64,000 nucleotides of DNA. Source: a virus. A program made the position numbers and the translations under genes. Of this stretch, positions 49,238 to 59,226 are shown one piece after another; within the stretch, counting starts at the first letter, position 1, and each line of letters opens with the position of its first letter. The notes beneath the pieces are model-generated. The model worked only from the letters and a program-made list of their open reading frames with translations. It was not told the origin of the DNA and did not search any database. Where the stretch lies: IMG/VR virus record IMGVR_UViG_3300022890_000011, positions 102,602 to 166,601 of that record, one strand, 5' to 3'.

Positions 49238-49900
49238 ATGAATAAATATTATTGTCCTAATTGCAAAACTCAACTTATTAGCAATGAAATAATTATTGTT
49301 GAAGATTGTCTGGAACATGAAAGGCAAACTCCTAAAATGATATGTCCAAATAAAGATTGTGAATGTTGTAAATATAATATGTTTTGGAATGACTATGGTG
49401 AGTTTTATTCTGGAGCTAATTTTCGTATTTCTAATAAAATATTTCCAGATCGCAGATATGCTGCATTAAACTCAAATGCTAAAAAATCAGAGGTAGAAAT
49501 ATTTAAAAATGGATTAAAGAGTAAAACTTATTTATCCCCTGTTTTTTGTTTTTATTTGTTACAACCGTTAATTGAACATAATTATAAAGGTGATAATTGG
49601 GGTAATGTGTTAAAAAAGTCATATAGTTTAAAATTTCTAAAGAGAGATGATGGTAGAGGATTTTGTACATATTATACTTTTCCAATAAAGTCTTTATATT
49701 CAAGTATTAGATATTTTCATAGTAATGTTAAATTTTATAAAAAGAATAAGACTAAATATGGTTTAGATCAAGTTCATGATCAATTTAAACCTTTAGGTGA
49801 ATGGGATAAAAGATGGTGGAGAAAGTTATCAAAGTTTTATTCTAAAACATTTTTCAAAAGTTTAAGAAATGAAGTTATAATTAAAAAATTATATGAATAA
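49238..49900 (+). CDS. Zinc-ribbon-containing hypothetical protein
   Basis: CPNC...CPNKDC. Confidence 0.6.
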   Translation: MNKYYCPNCKTQLISNEIIIVEDCLEHERQTPKMICPNKDCECCKYNMFWNDYGEFYSGANFRISNKIFPDRRYAALNSNAKKSEVEIFKNGLKSKTYLSPVFCFYLLQPLIEHNYKGDNWGNVLKKSYSLKFLKRDDGRGFCTYYTFPIKSLYSSIRYFHSNVKFYKKNKTKYGLDQVHDQFKPLGEWDKRWWRKLSKFYSKTFFKSLRNEVIIKKLYE

Positions 49901-49967
49901 CAAATTTTGTTAATTGTCATTTTCTGACATTTTGTTTTAGATATATAATAAAAACAAAAATTTTAAA

Positions 49968-51017
49968 ATGACTGATAAAAAGAAAATAACTAAGACATAT
50001 TCAATAGAAGAACAAATCTTCAATAGATTTGATGAGATTTGTAGACAAAAAAACATCAATCGCTCTAAGTTCATAGAGAAAAAAATCAACGAATTCATAT
50101 TGGAAAATTGGTCAGTAGATCAAAATAAAATGTACTCATTACCTGGGTCAGATGATTATGTCAAAATTGTCGACACTAATATTGAAAATGGTAATGGTTA
50201 TGTTAAGTTAAATAATGGTAACAAATTAAAATTGGCTGACTTTGAATTAATGTATACTGAAGAAGTAATAGATCCAGATAATTTTTTGAATTTGGGCGCA
50301 TTTAATGAATCACTTATAAGTGCTACTAATGAAATAGAAGTTGATGATTATATTAAAAATGATCATGTGGAAATATTGGCTGAAAATCTTAATAAATCAT
50401 ATTTAAATTCTGACTCATTACCACCAATTAGTGAATTGAATAAAATCAACGATATTAATGTTGAATTGGGTGGTGTTATATTAAATGACGATATTGATCA
50501 AATTGATCCTTCATTTTTAAATAAATCTATGATGTCTATTAATGATATTGAGAAAGTTAAAGAAATTATTGATAAAGTAGATATTAAAGAACATTTAGAA
50601 AATCACGATTATAATGTTAAGATAAAAGTTAATGGTCAAGAAGAATCAGAAAATAATCCATTATTTTATAAAGGTGATTCTGATACAACTTTTGAAGAAT
50701 GGATAAAAGAAAAAAATGAGAATACAATTTTTCCAACACCAACAAATAATATTAAAGAATTGGAAGTTCGTAAGAATAGTGAACCAAAGGAAGAATTGAT
50801 GGATAAATATGAATTCACAGAAGATTTAAAATCTATTTATGTTAAAGATAAAAATAGTAAATATTTTGGAATAGAATATAAATTAGTTGATTTATATAAT
50901 ATTGATGATTTTACTGATCTTACTAAGTTTGAAATGGTGAAATTTGCAATGACACATCCAAAAATAAGAGATAGTTATTTTACTGATTCAAATGGTAGAA
51001 TATTATTTCAAGGATAA
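49968..51017 (+). CDS. Protein with N-terminal ribbon-helix-helix domain
   Basis: TKTYSIE....RF...C....INRSKFIE. Confidence 0.65.
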   Translation: MTDKKKITKTYSIEEQIFNRFDEICRQKNINRSKFIEKKINEFILENWSVDQNKMYSLPGSDDYVKIVDTNIENGNGYVKLNNGNKLKLADFELMYTEEVIDPDNFLNLGAFNESLISATNEIEVDDYIKNDHVEILAENLNKSYLNSDSLPPISELNKINDINVELGGVILNDDIDQIDPSFLNKSMMSINDIEKVKEIIDKVDIKEHLENHDYNVKIKVNGQEESENNPLFYKGDSDTTFEEWIKEKNENTIFPTPTNNIKELEVRKNSEPKEELMDKYEFTEDLKSIYVKDKNSKYFGIEYKLVDLYNIDDFTDLTKFEMVKFAMTHPKIRDSYFTDSNGRILFQG

Positions 51018-51144
51018 ATAATTTGATTTTTTATTTTTAGAAAAATTTTGTATATTTAAATAATCAAAAAGATAAATTTTAACTATAAAAGAAAAAGATG
51101 TTTGTCTGAATTGTGAAATTATAAACCCTAAAAAAATTGAAAAT

Positions 51145-51396
51145 ATGTTTACTTTAAGCTCCTTATGGATATTGTTAATAGGAATAATCCCTTTCATTAT
51201 CGCTGTATTTAATAAAAAATCACCTTTTCCAAAAGCTAAAATTTGGAAAATGTTAAAATGGAACTCTGTCATCGGCGTAGGTTACTGGGTACTAGGCTCA
51301 TTACCATTTATTGGTAGTTTGTTTGGACTCGGGTGGATCTTCTTATTAGGATGGGCATTGTTTCCTAATTGGATATTGTTTAAATGGTTAAATTAA
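51145..51396 (+). CDS. Small membrane protein
   Basis: Hydrophobic segments. Confidence 0.55.
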   Translation: MFTLSSLWILLIGIIPFIIAVFNKKSPFPKAKIWKMLKWNSVIGVGYWVLGSLPFIGSLFGLGWIFLLGWALFPNWILFKWLN

Positions 51397-52082
51397 CTAA
51401 TATTATCTAAGTGTTTTAAATACTCTCTGAGTGTTTTAAACACTTTTCCTTTTTTTGCTCTTTTATTATTTTGCTTTATTGCATTATTAATATCATTATA
51501 TTTTCCCGCCAAAGATTCCAATAAATTTAATTTATTTGCACTAATAACGTGAGATTTAATAAATTCATCAACGGTATCATATATTTCCGATAAATATCCT
51601 GTAGATTTTAATTTAGATAATGATATAATAGTATTTTGATAATATAATTGTGATGGTATTATTGATAGATATTTAATTGATGGGTTATATGTAGAACCTC
51701 TTATTTGATCAATATCTAAAGATTCGTAATTATTATTTTTTAAGAATTTAATTAAAGTATCATATTCCTCTTTGTTATTTATTTTAACAACATAGTTATT
51801 CCAACTTGTTGATTCCAATAATCCCATATTTATTCCTTGAAATAATGACTCCAATTCTTCAATTGTTGTAAATGAATCAATTATATTAAAAAGAGCACCT
51901 ATTTTATATTCTGTGAGGAATGTATAATAAAACCATTTTTCAGAAGGTATAATTACAATATAATGTGCATAATCATAATACTTAGAAGACTCATTATTTT
52001 GATAATCTTGTTTTAATAAATAATCTGTGTATAAAACAAGATCTTTTTTATTATCTATTTTTATTAAATATGCACTTTTCAT
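51393..52082 (-). CDS. Two-module protein with internal GINMGLLE and ANKLNLLE tags
   Basis: Duplicated Y.(I/V)KI.NK module, each ending in the tag. Confidence 0.7.
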   Translation of the reverse strand: MKSAYLIKIDNKKDLVLYTDYLLKQDYQNNESSKYYDYAHYIVIIPSEKWFYYTFLTEYKIGALFNIIDSFTTIEELESLFQGINMGLLESTSWNNYVVKINNKEEYDTLIKFLKNNNYESLDIDQIRGSTYNPSIKYLSIIPSQLYYQNTIISLSKLKSTGYLSEIYDTVDEFIKSHVISANKLNLLESLAGKYNDINNAIKQNNKRAKKGKVFKTLREYLKHLDNIS

Positions 52083-52453
52083 TAAAATAATCCTAAGTTA
52101 ATTTTTGATTTTAATTCTTCGTCAAATTTGATAGTTAATTCAAATATTATTCTATTATCACCTTCTTCATAATCATTTTTTGAAAAACCCATTACTTTTA
52201 AAGATAATTCATATGTTTCAGATATATTTTCGAATCTTTCTTTAATATCAAATAATTCTGATAGTTCATATTCACCGTCTATTTTCCATACAAAATCTAA
52301 TTTTTCTATATCAGAAATTGAGTCAAAAAAATCATAATCTTCTTCATCTTCATAATAGACTGGATAATTTAATAATTGATTTTCAATTATTTTGATAAAT
52401 TTTTTTAAAATTTGTTCGTCTATTTTTTCGTTATATGACTTTAAATATTTCAT
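52082..52453 (-). CDS. MKYLKSYNE...KINLGLF tagged protein
   Basis: Both tags. Confidence 0.75.
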   Translation of the reverse strand: MKYLKSYNEKIDEQILKKFIKIIENQLLNYPVYYEDEEDYDFFDSISDIEKLDFVWKIDGEYELSELFDIKERFENISETYELSLKVMGFSKNDYEEGDNRIIFELTIKFDEELKSKINLGLF

Positions 52454-52861
52454 TATATTAAACCCATTTTATTTCCTTCTACTTGAGATTTACAATCATC
52501 TGATATTAAAAATTCATATATATCATAAGCATATTCTAATAAATTGTATTGTCTAATATCACCTAAACTATATAGTTCACCTTCATCTTCTACTATTGTT
52601 ATATCAGTGTTTTTACGATCTTTATTAATTGTTAATTTGTTAAAATGTTCAATATCTATTAATAAAGTTAAATGTGTTCCCTCACCTATATATTTCTCAC
52701 ATAATGATTGGATATTTTCTATTAAATCTTCAAGTAATTCTGATCTTTCTTGTATATTGTCGATATTTGAATTCATGTTTAATTATATTGGATTGTAAAT
52801 CTTCAATCTTTTTATCATTCCAATCCTTAAAATCTTCGTTATATTTCTTTAAGTGTTTCAT
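52453..52861 (-). CDS. MKHLKKYNE...EGNKMGLI tagged protein with a 1-nt frameshift near 52778
   Basis: ATG at 52861 gives MKHLKKYNEDF; joins ORF 52453-52776 if one A is removed. Confidence 0.65.
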
Positions 52862-53184
52862 AATAGTCCCATCTTTAAAGATTCTATCATATCTTTATTT
52901 ATTTTTGATAAAGAAAAAATTAATATTAGATAAATTGCTTCAAGACCAACATCAATTTCAATTTCAACATTAAAAATTTCACGTAAATTATTTAGTTTAT
53001 TTAAATAATCATCCTTTGTTAAATAAATAATATCAGGATCTCTAAAATTAATAGATATAACAAAATTATCATTAGAATTTAAATAACTATTAAAACCTTT
53101 ATTAAATATCTTTTTAACGTAATTTTTAAGAGGTTCTTGAAAATAATCCCAACTAGATTCATTGTATTTATTTAAGTGTTTCAA
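52858..53184 (-). CDS. MKHLNKYNE...SLKMGLL tagged protein (TTG start)
   Basis: Both tags. Confidence 0.75.
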   Translation of the reverse strand: MKHLNKYNESSWDYFQEPLKNYVKKIFNKGFNSYLNSNDNFVISINFRDPDIIYLTKDDYLNKLNNLREIFNVEIEIDVGLEAIYLILIFSLSKINKDMIESLKMGLL

Positions 53185-53250
53185 AAACTGATACTATTTT
53201 TTGGTATATATAAATTTTTAAATGTAAAAGAAAATTCTTATATTACTTGG

Positions 53251-54000
53251 ATGAATAAAAATGCAAAAATATTAATAATCCCTGATTGCCACGGTCATGA
53301 TACATTCAAGCAATCACTTAAAAATAATAATATTGATAAGTATGATTTAGTTATTTTTCTTGGTGATTATTGTGATAGTTTTACTCTTGATAATATTACA
53401 ATTAAGAATAATTTATTAGATATAATTCAACTTAAAAAAGATTATCCAGATAAAGTAGTTCTTTTATGGGGTAATCATGAGATGCATTATTATTTAGGTA
53501 GAAGTTTTAAATGCACAGGTTTTAGATCTGAGGCTTATTTTGATTTGAATGAAATATTTGTTAAAAATAGTGATTTATTTCAAACTGCTTTTCAGTTAGA
53601 CACAAAAGATGGTGACAAATATTTGTTTAGTCATGCAGGTGTTGAACAGGGGTGGTATGATGAACATATAAAAGAACATTTCACATATGATATGGCATTT
53701 ACATTAAATATGTTATTTGAACAAAATTATAAACCAATTTTTGATGTTGGTCGAGGAAGAGGCGGTTTCAAAAGAGTTGGTGGTGTGTTATGGGCTGATT
53801 ATCATGAATTATATCAAAGTCCCATTAAGGGTTATAATCAAATAGTTGGACATACTTATTTAAAAGATGGTTTTAGATTGATGAAATGGGATGATGGTAG
53901 ATTTGTTCATTTTATTGATGGTCCACCATATTATTTAGAAATGGAAATTGAGAATGTTATCTCTTGGGAATTGTTTAATGACCAGGAAATCCAAGATTAA
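53251..54000 (+). CDS. Calcineurin-like metallophosphoesterase
   Basis: DCHG, GDYCD, GNHE, SHAG, GHT. Confidence 0.9.
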   Translation: MNKNAKILIIPDCHGHDTFKQSLKNNNIDKYDLVIFLGDYCDSFTLDNITIKNNLLDIIQLKKDYPDKVVLLWGNHEMHYYLGRSFKCTGFRSEAYFDLNEIFVKNSDLFQTAFQLDTKDGDKYLFSHAGVEQGWYDEHIKEHFTYDMAFTLNMLFEQNYKPIFDVGRGRGGFKRVGGVLWADYHELYQSPIKGYNQIVGHTYLKDGFRLMKWDDGRFVHFIDGPPYYLEMEIENVISWELFNDQEIQD

Positions 54001-54017
54001 AAAGTCTTGGATTTTTT
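53987..54017 (+). terminator. Intrinsic terminator-like hairpin
   Basis: aaatccaagat / gtcttggattt followed by a T run. Confidence 0.6.
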
Positions 54018-54063
54018 GTTTATATTTGAATTTTAGTTTTTAATATATAAAATAAATGATTGA

Positions 54064-55566
54064 ATGAACATGTTGAAACACAAGTTATTTCAAATATTAT
54101 TAGGATTAACTACATTATTATTAGCTTCTTGTGTTGCATATATTTCGGTTATAGGATTGGTAAAAATATATGCTGGTGTTGGAATTTTAGGTATTGTTAT
54201 ATTTTCAATAATTGAGTTATCAAAAATTGTTGGTGTTACTTATATTCAGAGGTATTGGAAATATTTAACAAATATTAAGAAGTTTATATATATATTACTA
54301 GTTGTTGGTGTTATGGCTATAACATCCTTTAGTGTTTATGGGTTTCTTATGGGTTCTTATCAAGCTACATCAACTAATTTAAATCATATTAATAGTAAAG
54401 TTCAAGTAATAGAAACAAAGAAAGAATATTTAAATAAAGAAATTGGAGGTTTTGAAAAACAGATTAATTTTAGAGATAAGAGAATTAATAGTTTATCAGA
54501 ATTAAGATCACAACAAGAAGTCAGACTTGATACGTTATACCAAAGAAAAGATTGGAAATCTTATCAACAAGCCAAAGATGTAGAAAAAACTATTAAAGAA
54601 GCAAATAATGATATTGATTTATTAAATGTTGAAATTAGTAAATTTAATGGTAAAATTAGTTTATTAACGGATTCTATTTCTAATTATGAAATTCAAATTA
54701 TTGATCTTCAAGATAATGATTATATTTCTGATTTAGGGCCATTGTTATATTTATCTAAAATGACTGGAAAAGACATGGATAAGTTAATAAATATACCAAC
54801 AATTGTTATGATATTTTTATTAGACCCATTTGCTATAGCATTATTAATAGCATTCAACCATATAGGTATAATTGTTGTGAGGTTAAAAAGAGGTGAGAAA
54901 GATGAATTTAAAAAGAAAAAGCCTAAGAAACAAACTGTTGAGATTGTTGAAGAAGATGTATTTGAAGAAGAACCTAAACCAGAAAGAATACCAGAAGACA
55001 TTGAAGAGGAAAATGAAGTTGATATTTTTATAAAGGAGATAGAAAATACACCTGATTTGAATGATATGCTTAATAAGTTATGTGAAAACCCTAGTAATAT
55101 AAATGAACATTTATTGACATTAAAGAAATATGCCAGTAATAGTGATCATATAACAGAATTGAGAACTGACTCTCCAAATTCAATATTTGCTTTATTAGCT
55201 GGTAAACCAAATAAACTTATAAGTTATGATAAGATTTATCATAGAAATATTATAAAGGCAGAAGAAATTGCAAAATTAGAGGGTATAGAATTTGTTTTTG
55301 TACAAAAGAGTGTTATAGAAGATGATATAAAAGATTTTGAACAAACAGATTTATTATTTATTGATGTAGGTTATGATTATAATCAATTAATTAGAAAATT
55401 GTCTATTTTACAAGAAAAAGTTAATAAATTTATTATAATTCATGATACAGAAACAGAAGATATTTGGAAAGCAATAGAAGAGTTTATAAAAACAAATGAT
55501 TCATGGGTTATTAATAAGATTTATAAAAATAATAATGGATTGGTAATTTTAAAAAATAAGAAATAA
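54064..55566 (+). CDS. Membrane/coiled-coil protein fused to a degenerate class I SAM-methyltransferase-like domain
   Basis: N-terminal TMs, coiled coil, DP.AI.L TM; C-terminal INEHL..L, DLLFID, IIHDT, NNNGL. Confidence 0.6.
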   Translation: MNMLKHKLFQILLGLTTLLLASCVAYISVIGLVKIYAGVGILGIVIFSIIELSKIVGVTYIQRYWKYLTNIKKFIYILLVVGVMAITSFSVYGFLMGSYQATSTNLNHINSKVQVIETKKEYLNKEIGGFEKQINFRDKRINSLSELRSQQEVRLDTLYQRKDWKSYQQAKDVEKTIKEANNDIDLLNVEISKFNGKISLLTDSISNYEIQIIDLQDNDYISDLGPLLYLSKMTGKDMDKLINIPTIVMIFLLDPFAIALLIAFNHIGIIVVRLKRGEKDEFKKKKPKKQTVEIVEEDVFEEEPKPERIPEDIEEENEVDIFIKEIENTPDLNDMLNKLCENPSNINEHLLTLKKYASNSDHITELRTDSPNSIFALLAGKPNKLISYDKIYHRNIIKAEEIAKLEGIEFVFVQKSVIEDDIKDFEQTDLLFIDVGYDYNQLIRKLSILQEKVNKFIIIHDTETEDIWKAIEEFIKTNDSWVINKIYKNNNGLVILKNKK

Positions 55567-55577
55567 TCAAGATCTAA

Positions 55578-55955
55578 TTATAATAATCCCATTTTTTTAG
55601 ATTCTATAAACGTTGTTACATCTTCACTTGTTAAATAATTATAAAAATCTTGCATACCTTTTTTATCATTAAATAAAGGATTTTTATAATCTAATGATTT
55701 AAATTTACCATGATATCTTAAAAGTTCAACTAAAAATATTTGATTGTGTTCAATTGTAATATATATATTATATATAATACCAGAGAATGGTTCACTGAAA
55801 TATATTAAACAAGTATCAAATTTTGTAGTTAAAATATTACCTGGAACATTTATTTCATATTTTTCAATTTGTGTTAATTTACTTATTTCATCTAATTTAG
55901 ATAGAATCTTGTTTAAAACTTCTGATTCGTTTATAAAATTGTTATAGTTTTTCAT
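55578..55955 (-). CDS. MKNYNNFINE...ESKKMGLL tagged protein
   Basis: Both tags. Confidence 0.75.
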   Translation of the reverse strand: MKNYNNFINESEVLNKILSKLDEISKLTQIEKYEINVPGNILTTKFDTCLIYFSEPFSGIIYNIYITIEHNQIFLVELLRYHGKFKSLDYKNPLFNDKKGMQDFYNYLTSEDVTTFIESKKMGLL

Positions 55956-56395
55956 TATAATAATCCTAAATTTTCCCCTTCTATATAATGAATGTTTTCT
56001 TCATTAAATGTTTTAAATTTATCTTTATCATACTCTATAATTATATCAAGTTCTGGATGTGTTTCTAAATCTAAATAATAGTCAAGGTTAGTATCATCTA
56101 ATATTTTCTTGAATTTATTTAATTCATTTAAAAAATATGAAAATTCTGTCTTGATGATTCCAGTTTTCTCCCACTCTGTATTAAATTCATTAAAACTAAT
56201 TCTTATTTCGATACCACCTTTGAATAATCCTTCGATAGTTACATTGTAATTATTTATAAGAAAATATTTATAAAGTATTTTAATAGTTAGTTTAGTATCA
56301 GCACCATGTTCTATTGAAAATTTTTTAATAGAGTTTTTAAATGAGGATATCATGCTTTTATATGTTACTTCGTTATATTTTTTAATATATTTCAT
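55955..56395 (-). CDS. MKYIKKYNE...EGENLGLL tagged protein
   Basis: Both tags. Confidence 0.75.
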   Translation of the reverse strand: MKYIKKYNEVTYKSMISSFKNSIKKFSIEHGADTKLTIKILYKYFLINNYNVTIEGLFKGGIEIRISFNEFNTEWEKTGIIKTEFSYFLNELNKFKKILDDTNLDYYLDLETHPELDIIIEYDKDKFKTFNEENIHYIEGENLGLL

Positions 56396-56408
56396 AAATT
56401 ATTATTTT

Positions 56409-56804
56409 CTATTTGGGTGTGCTTCTGCTGTGTGTATTGAATGTTTTAAATTTAATTATTTTTTTTTCATCAACATCTTGAACTATTAAATCTTCTTTAC
56501 CTTCTTCATCAAATTTTCTACCAGTTCCATCTTCTGATTTTCTATTTTTCATTCCTTTTTCCCAGTTTGGTAAACCAAATGTTGGATTATAATAATCTTC
56601 TATTTCTTCTTCATGATCAGAAGCTATTGATTTATATACGTAATCTTTTGGTGGTAATTCGCCGTTTTCATCAAAATATTTTTTGATAAGATCATAAGTT
56701 GGTTTGTGTTCAGATTGAATTTCAGCACCTGATTCTAATTCTTCTTGATTTTCAAATTCATCGAATCTTTCTTCAAAGTCTTGGTATTTTTTAATATTTG
56801 ACAT
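56409..56804 (-). CDS. Acidic protein with IKKYQDFEE leader and IIKFKTF near the C-terminus
   Basis: ORF. Confidence 0.7.
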   Translation of the reverse strand: MSNIKKYQDFEERFDEFENQEELESGAEIQSEHKPTYDLIKKYFDENGELPPKDYVYKSIASDHEEEIEDYYNPTFGLPNWEKGMKNRKSEDGTGRKFDEEGKEDLIVQDVDEKKIIKFKTFNTHSRSTPK

Positions 56805-56879
56805 TATGTAAATTTTAATTTTTTTAAAATATTTATGTTATATTGTGTATATATTAAAATAAATTCTTTAATCTAAAAA

Positions 56880-57620
56880 ATGACAAAACAAATCGTAATT
56901 ATTGGAGATTCTCATGCTAGACCAATAGCCATTGAGATAATAGAATTACATCTAAAAAGCGCTCATAAAATAATACTACTTGGAGATTACGTAGATCCAT
57001 ATATTCTCTCACCAATATCAGATAAGAAGGTAGTTAGTCACCTAAAAAAGATTATTAAATATAAAAAAGATTATCCAGATAAATTTGTTTTATTGATAGG
57101 CAATCATGATATACATTATGTTCATCCTTCAATAAGATGTAGTAGATATAATTATAAAATTGCTACTGAATTAAGAGAATTATACACAGAAAATTGGGAT
57201 TTATTTGATATATCACACCAAATAGAAAATTATCTTTTTACACACGCTGGTGTTTGTATGAAATGGTTAGATAAACATTGGTCACATTTTGAATCTTTTG
57301 GTCTTAAACCTGATTATTCTAATATAGATCAAGTTTTGAAAGATGTTCATAAAAGTAAATTGTTTTATATTTTACATGAAGTTGGTTCTTTTAGATCTAA
57401 TCCGGAAGAATATCCTAAAGTAAGCGGTGCTGTTACCTGGTGTGACAAAAGTGAAGGTAAAAATGATTATATACCTGGATTTCATCAGTATGTTGGTCAT
57501 AGTCAAGGTGGTATTTTAGAAACATTTGGTGATGATGAGTCTTCAATAACATATTGTGATACATTGGGATTGTCAGGCGAATATGTAGTATTAAAATTAA
57601 AAGATGATGAAAGTATTTAG
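56880..57620 (+). CDS. Calcineurin-like metallophosphoesterase (paralogue of 53251)
   Basis: GDSH, GDYVD, GNHD, THAG, GHS. Confidence 0.9.
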   Translation: MTKQIVIIGDSHARPIAIEIIELHLKSAHKIILLGDYVDPYILSPISDKKVVSHLKKIIKYKKDYPDKFVLLIGNHDIHYVHPSIRCSRYNYKIATELRELYTENWDLFDISHQIENYLFTHAGVCMKWLDKHWSHFESFGLKPDYSNIDQVLKDVHKSKLFYILHEVGSFRSNPEEYPKVSGAVTWCDKSEGKNDYIPGFHQYVGHSQGGILETFGDDESSITYCDTLGLSGEYVVLKLKDDESI

Positions 57621-57927
57621 ATTAAATATAATTAATGAAGATTTTTCTGAATTACAAGAGAAATTATTTAATATTAAAATATATTGGAGTAATGTTGGAA
57701 AATATTCACATAGTTCAAAATATGGTGATTATATTTATATTTTTAAACCAACTGATACATGTTTCCATGGAAAAAATTGTGATGCTGTGTTTGCTTTTGT
57801 TCATCATGAATCTGGGATTATGGATCATTATAAATGTGATTATGATTATATTGATTTTAAAAGTTTTAAAGATTTTGAAGAAAAACATAAATGGTTATTT
57901 GAATCTAGTAAAATGGATTTAATATAA
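57604..57927 (+). CDS. Hypothetical protein with ESSKMDLI tail
   Basis: C-terminal tag. Confidence 0.65.
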   Translation: MMKVFRLNIINEDFSELQEKLFNIKIYWSNVGKYSHSSKYGDYIYIFKPTDTCFHGKNCDAVFAFVHHESGIMDHYKCDYDYIDFKSFKDFEEKHKWLFESSKMDLI

Positions 57928-58458
57928 TCCCATTTTATTTGCATTATGTAGGTCTGGGTTTTCTTTCCAAAACCATTTCCAATAACCTTCTAAATTATCA
58001 TAAGGTAATTGGTTATTTTCACAATATAATTCTTTTAATCTTTTAGATAATTCAGGTAATTCAGTTAATTGGTTATTATAACAATATAATTCTTTTAATC
58101 CTTTTGGTAATTCAGGTAATTCAGTTAATTTATTATTAAAACAATATAAATATTTTAATCCTTTAGGTAATTCAAGTAATTTAGTTAATTGATTATTATA
58201 ACAATATAATATTTTTAACCCTTTAGGTAATCCAGGCAATTCAGTTAAATAGTTATCATAACAATATAATCTTTCTAATCCTTCAGGTAATTCAGGTAAT
58301 TCAGTTAATTTGTTATTACCACAATATAAATATTTTAATCCTTTAGGTAATTCAGGTAATTTAGTTAAATTTAAATTAAATAAATTTAATGTTTTACCAT
58401 TATTACTTAAATTGTCTTTAATTAATTGATTTTCATTGTATGTCTTTAAATACTTCAT
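57919..58458 (-). CDS. Leucine-rich repeat protein (20-aa IpaH/YopM-type repeats) with both terminal tags
   Basis: About 6 x LPELP.GLK.LYC.NN.LT; MKYLKTYNE...NANKMGLY; 60-bp DNA repeats. Confidence 0.85.
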   Translation of the reverse strand: MKYLKTYNENQLIKDNLSNNGKTLNLFNLNLTKLPELPKGLKYLYCGNNKLTELPELPEGLERLYCYDNYLTELPGLPKGLKILYCYNNQLTKLLELPKGLKYLYCFNNKLTELPELPKGLKELYCYNNQLTELPELSKRLKELYCENNQLPYDNLEGYWKWFWKENPDLHNANKMGLY

Positions 58459-59199
58459 TTAACCATATTTTTTAATATATTGATTCCAGTCCATTGTATT
58501 AACATGTCCTTTTTCTAATTCAGTTAAACATTTATATGGTTTTGGGTTTTTATAATCTTCTATGTCAACCTCTTGTGTTTGTGTATAATTGAATGGTCTA
58601 TTACCAATTGGTTTTTCTTTTGATACTAAAAGGTTATGATTTTTGATAATCATTTTACCATTTTTATATGTTTCTGTATTACTTTCTTGATATAATTTTT
58701 GTCTATCAGCAATATTCATAGATTTATTATAAGGTACAGTTTTATCTTTTTTTGATGGTGATTTTATATGTTCTTTCCATTCTTCATTTGGTGTATGTTT
58801 ACTTTCTATATAGTCTTCTAGTGATATTGCATGACCATGAAGCATATCATTTTCTATAACTTCTATTTTATATTCATTATATAATATTTTTATATCTTCA
58901 TTCCATACATTTCTAAAACATATTTCTAAACTGTTTAATATGGGATATAATTCTTCTGGTTCAGGATAATTCCAAAATGATATTAGTTTTTTATCTGTCC
59001 ATATTCTTCCAGAATAATTATATTCTAATAATCCATACATTTCTATCATTGATGCGTGAGTTGCACTAGGTTCTCCTATATATGATCTACCATCAACAAT
59101 CCAAAATGGCCTCGCATCTTTATCTTTATATTCTGCTTCTTCCCATGGGATCGCGTCAGGATTTTCCGTAAATAATTTAAATGATTTTATGTGTTTCAT
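58459..59199 (-). CDS. MKHIKSFKLFTE-leader hypothetical protein
   Basis: Leader; SGRIW..KK.ISFW.YP. Confidence 0.7.
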   Translation of the reverse strand: MKHIKSFKLFTENPDAIPWEEAEYKDKDARPFWIVDGRSYIGEPSATHASMIEMYGLLEYNYSGRIWTDKKLISFWNYPEPEELYPILNSLEICFRNVWNEDIKILYNEYKIEVIENDMLHGHAISLEDYIESKHTPNEEWKEHIKSPSKKDKTVPYNKSMNIADRQKLYQESNTETYKNGKMIIKNHNLLVSKEKPIGNRPFNYTQTQEVDIEDYKNPKPYKCLTELEKGHVNTMDWNQYIKKYG

Positions 59200-59226
59200 A
59201 GTTTATAGTTTATAGTTTATTTTTTA

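Noticed and set aside
59198-59221. atagttt x3 tandem repeat
   Set aside because: Short, low-complexity intergenic repeat with no supportable function.
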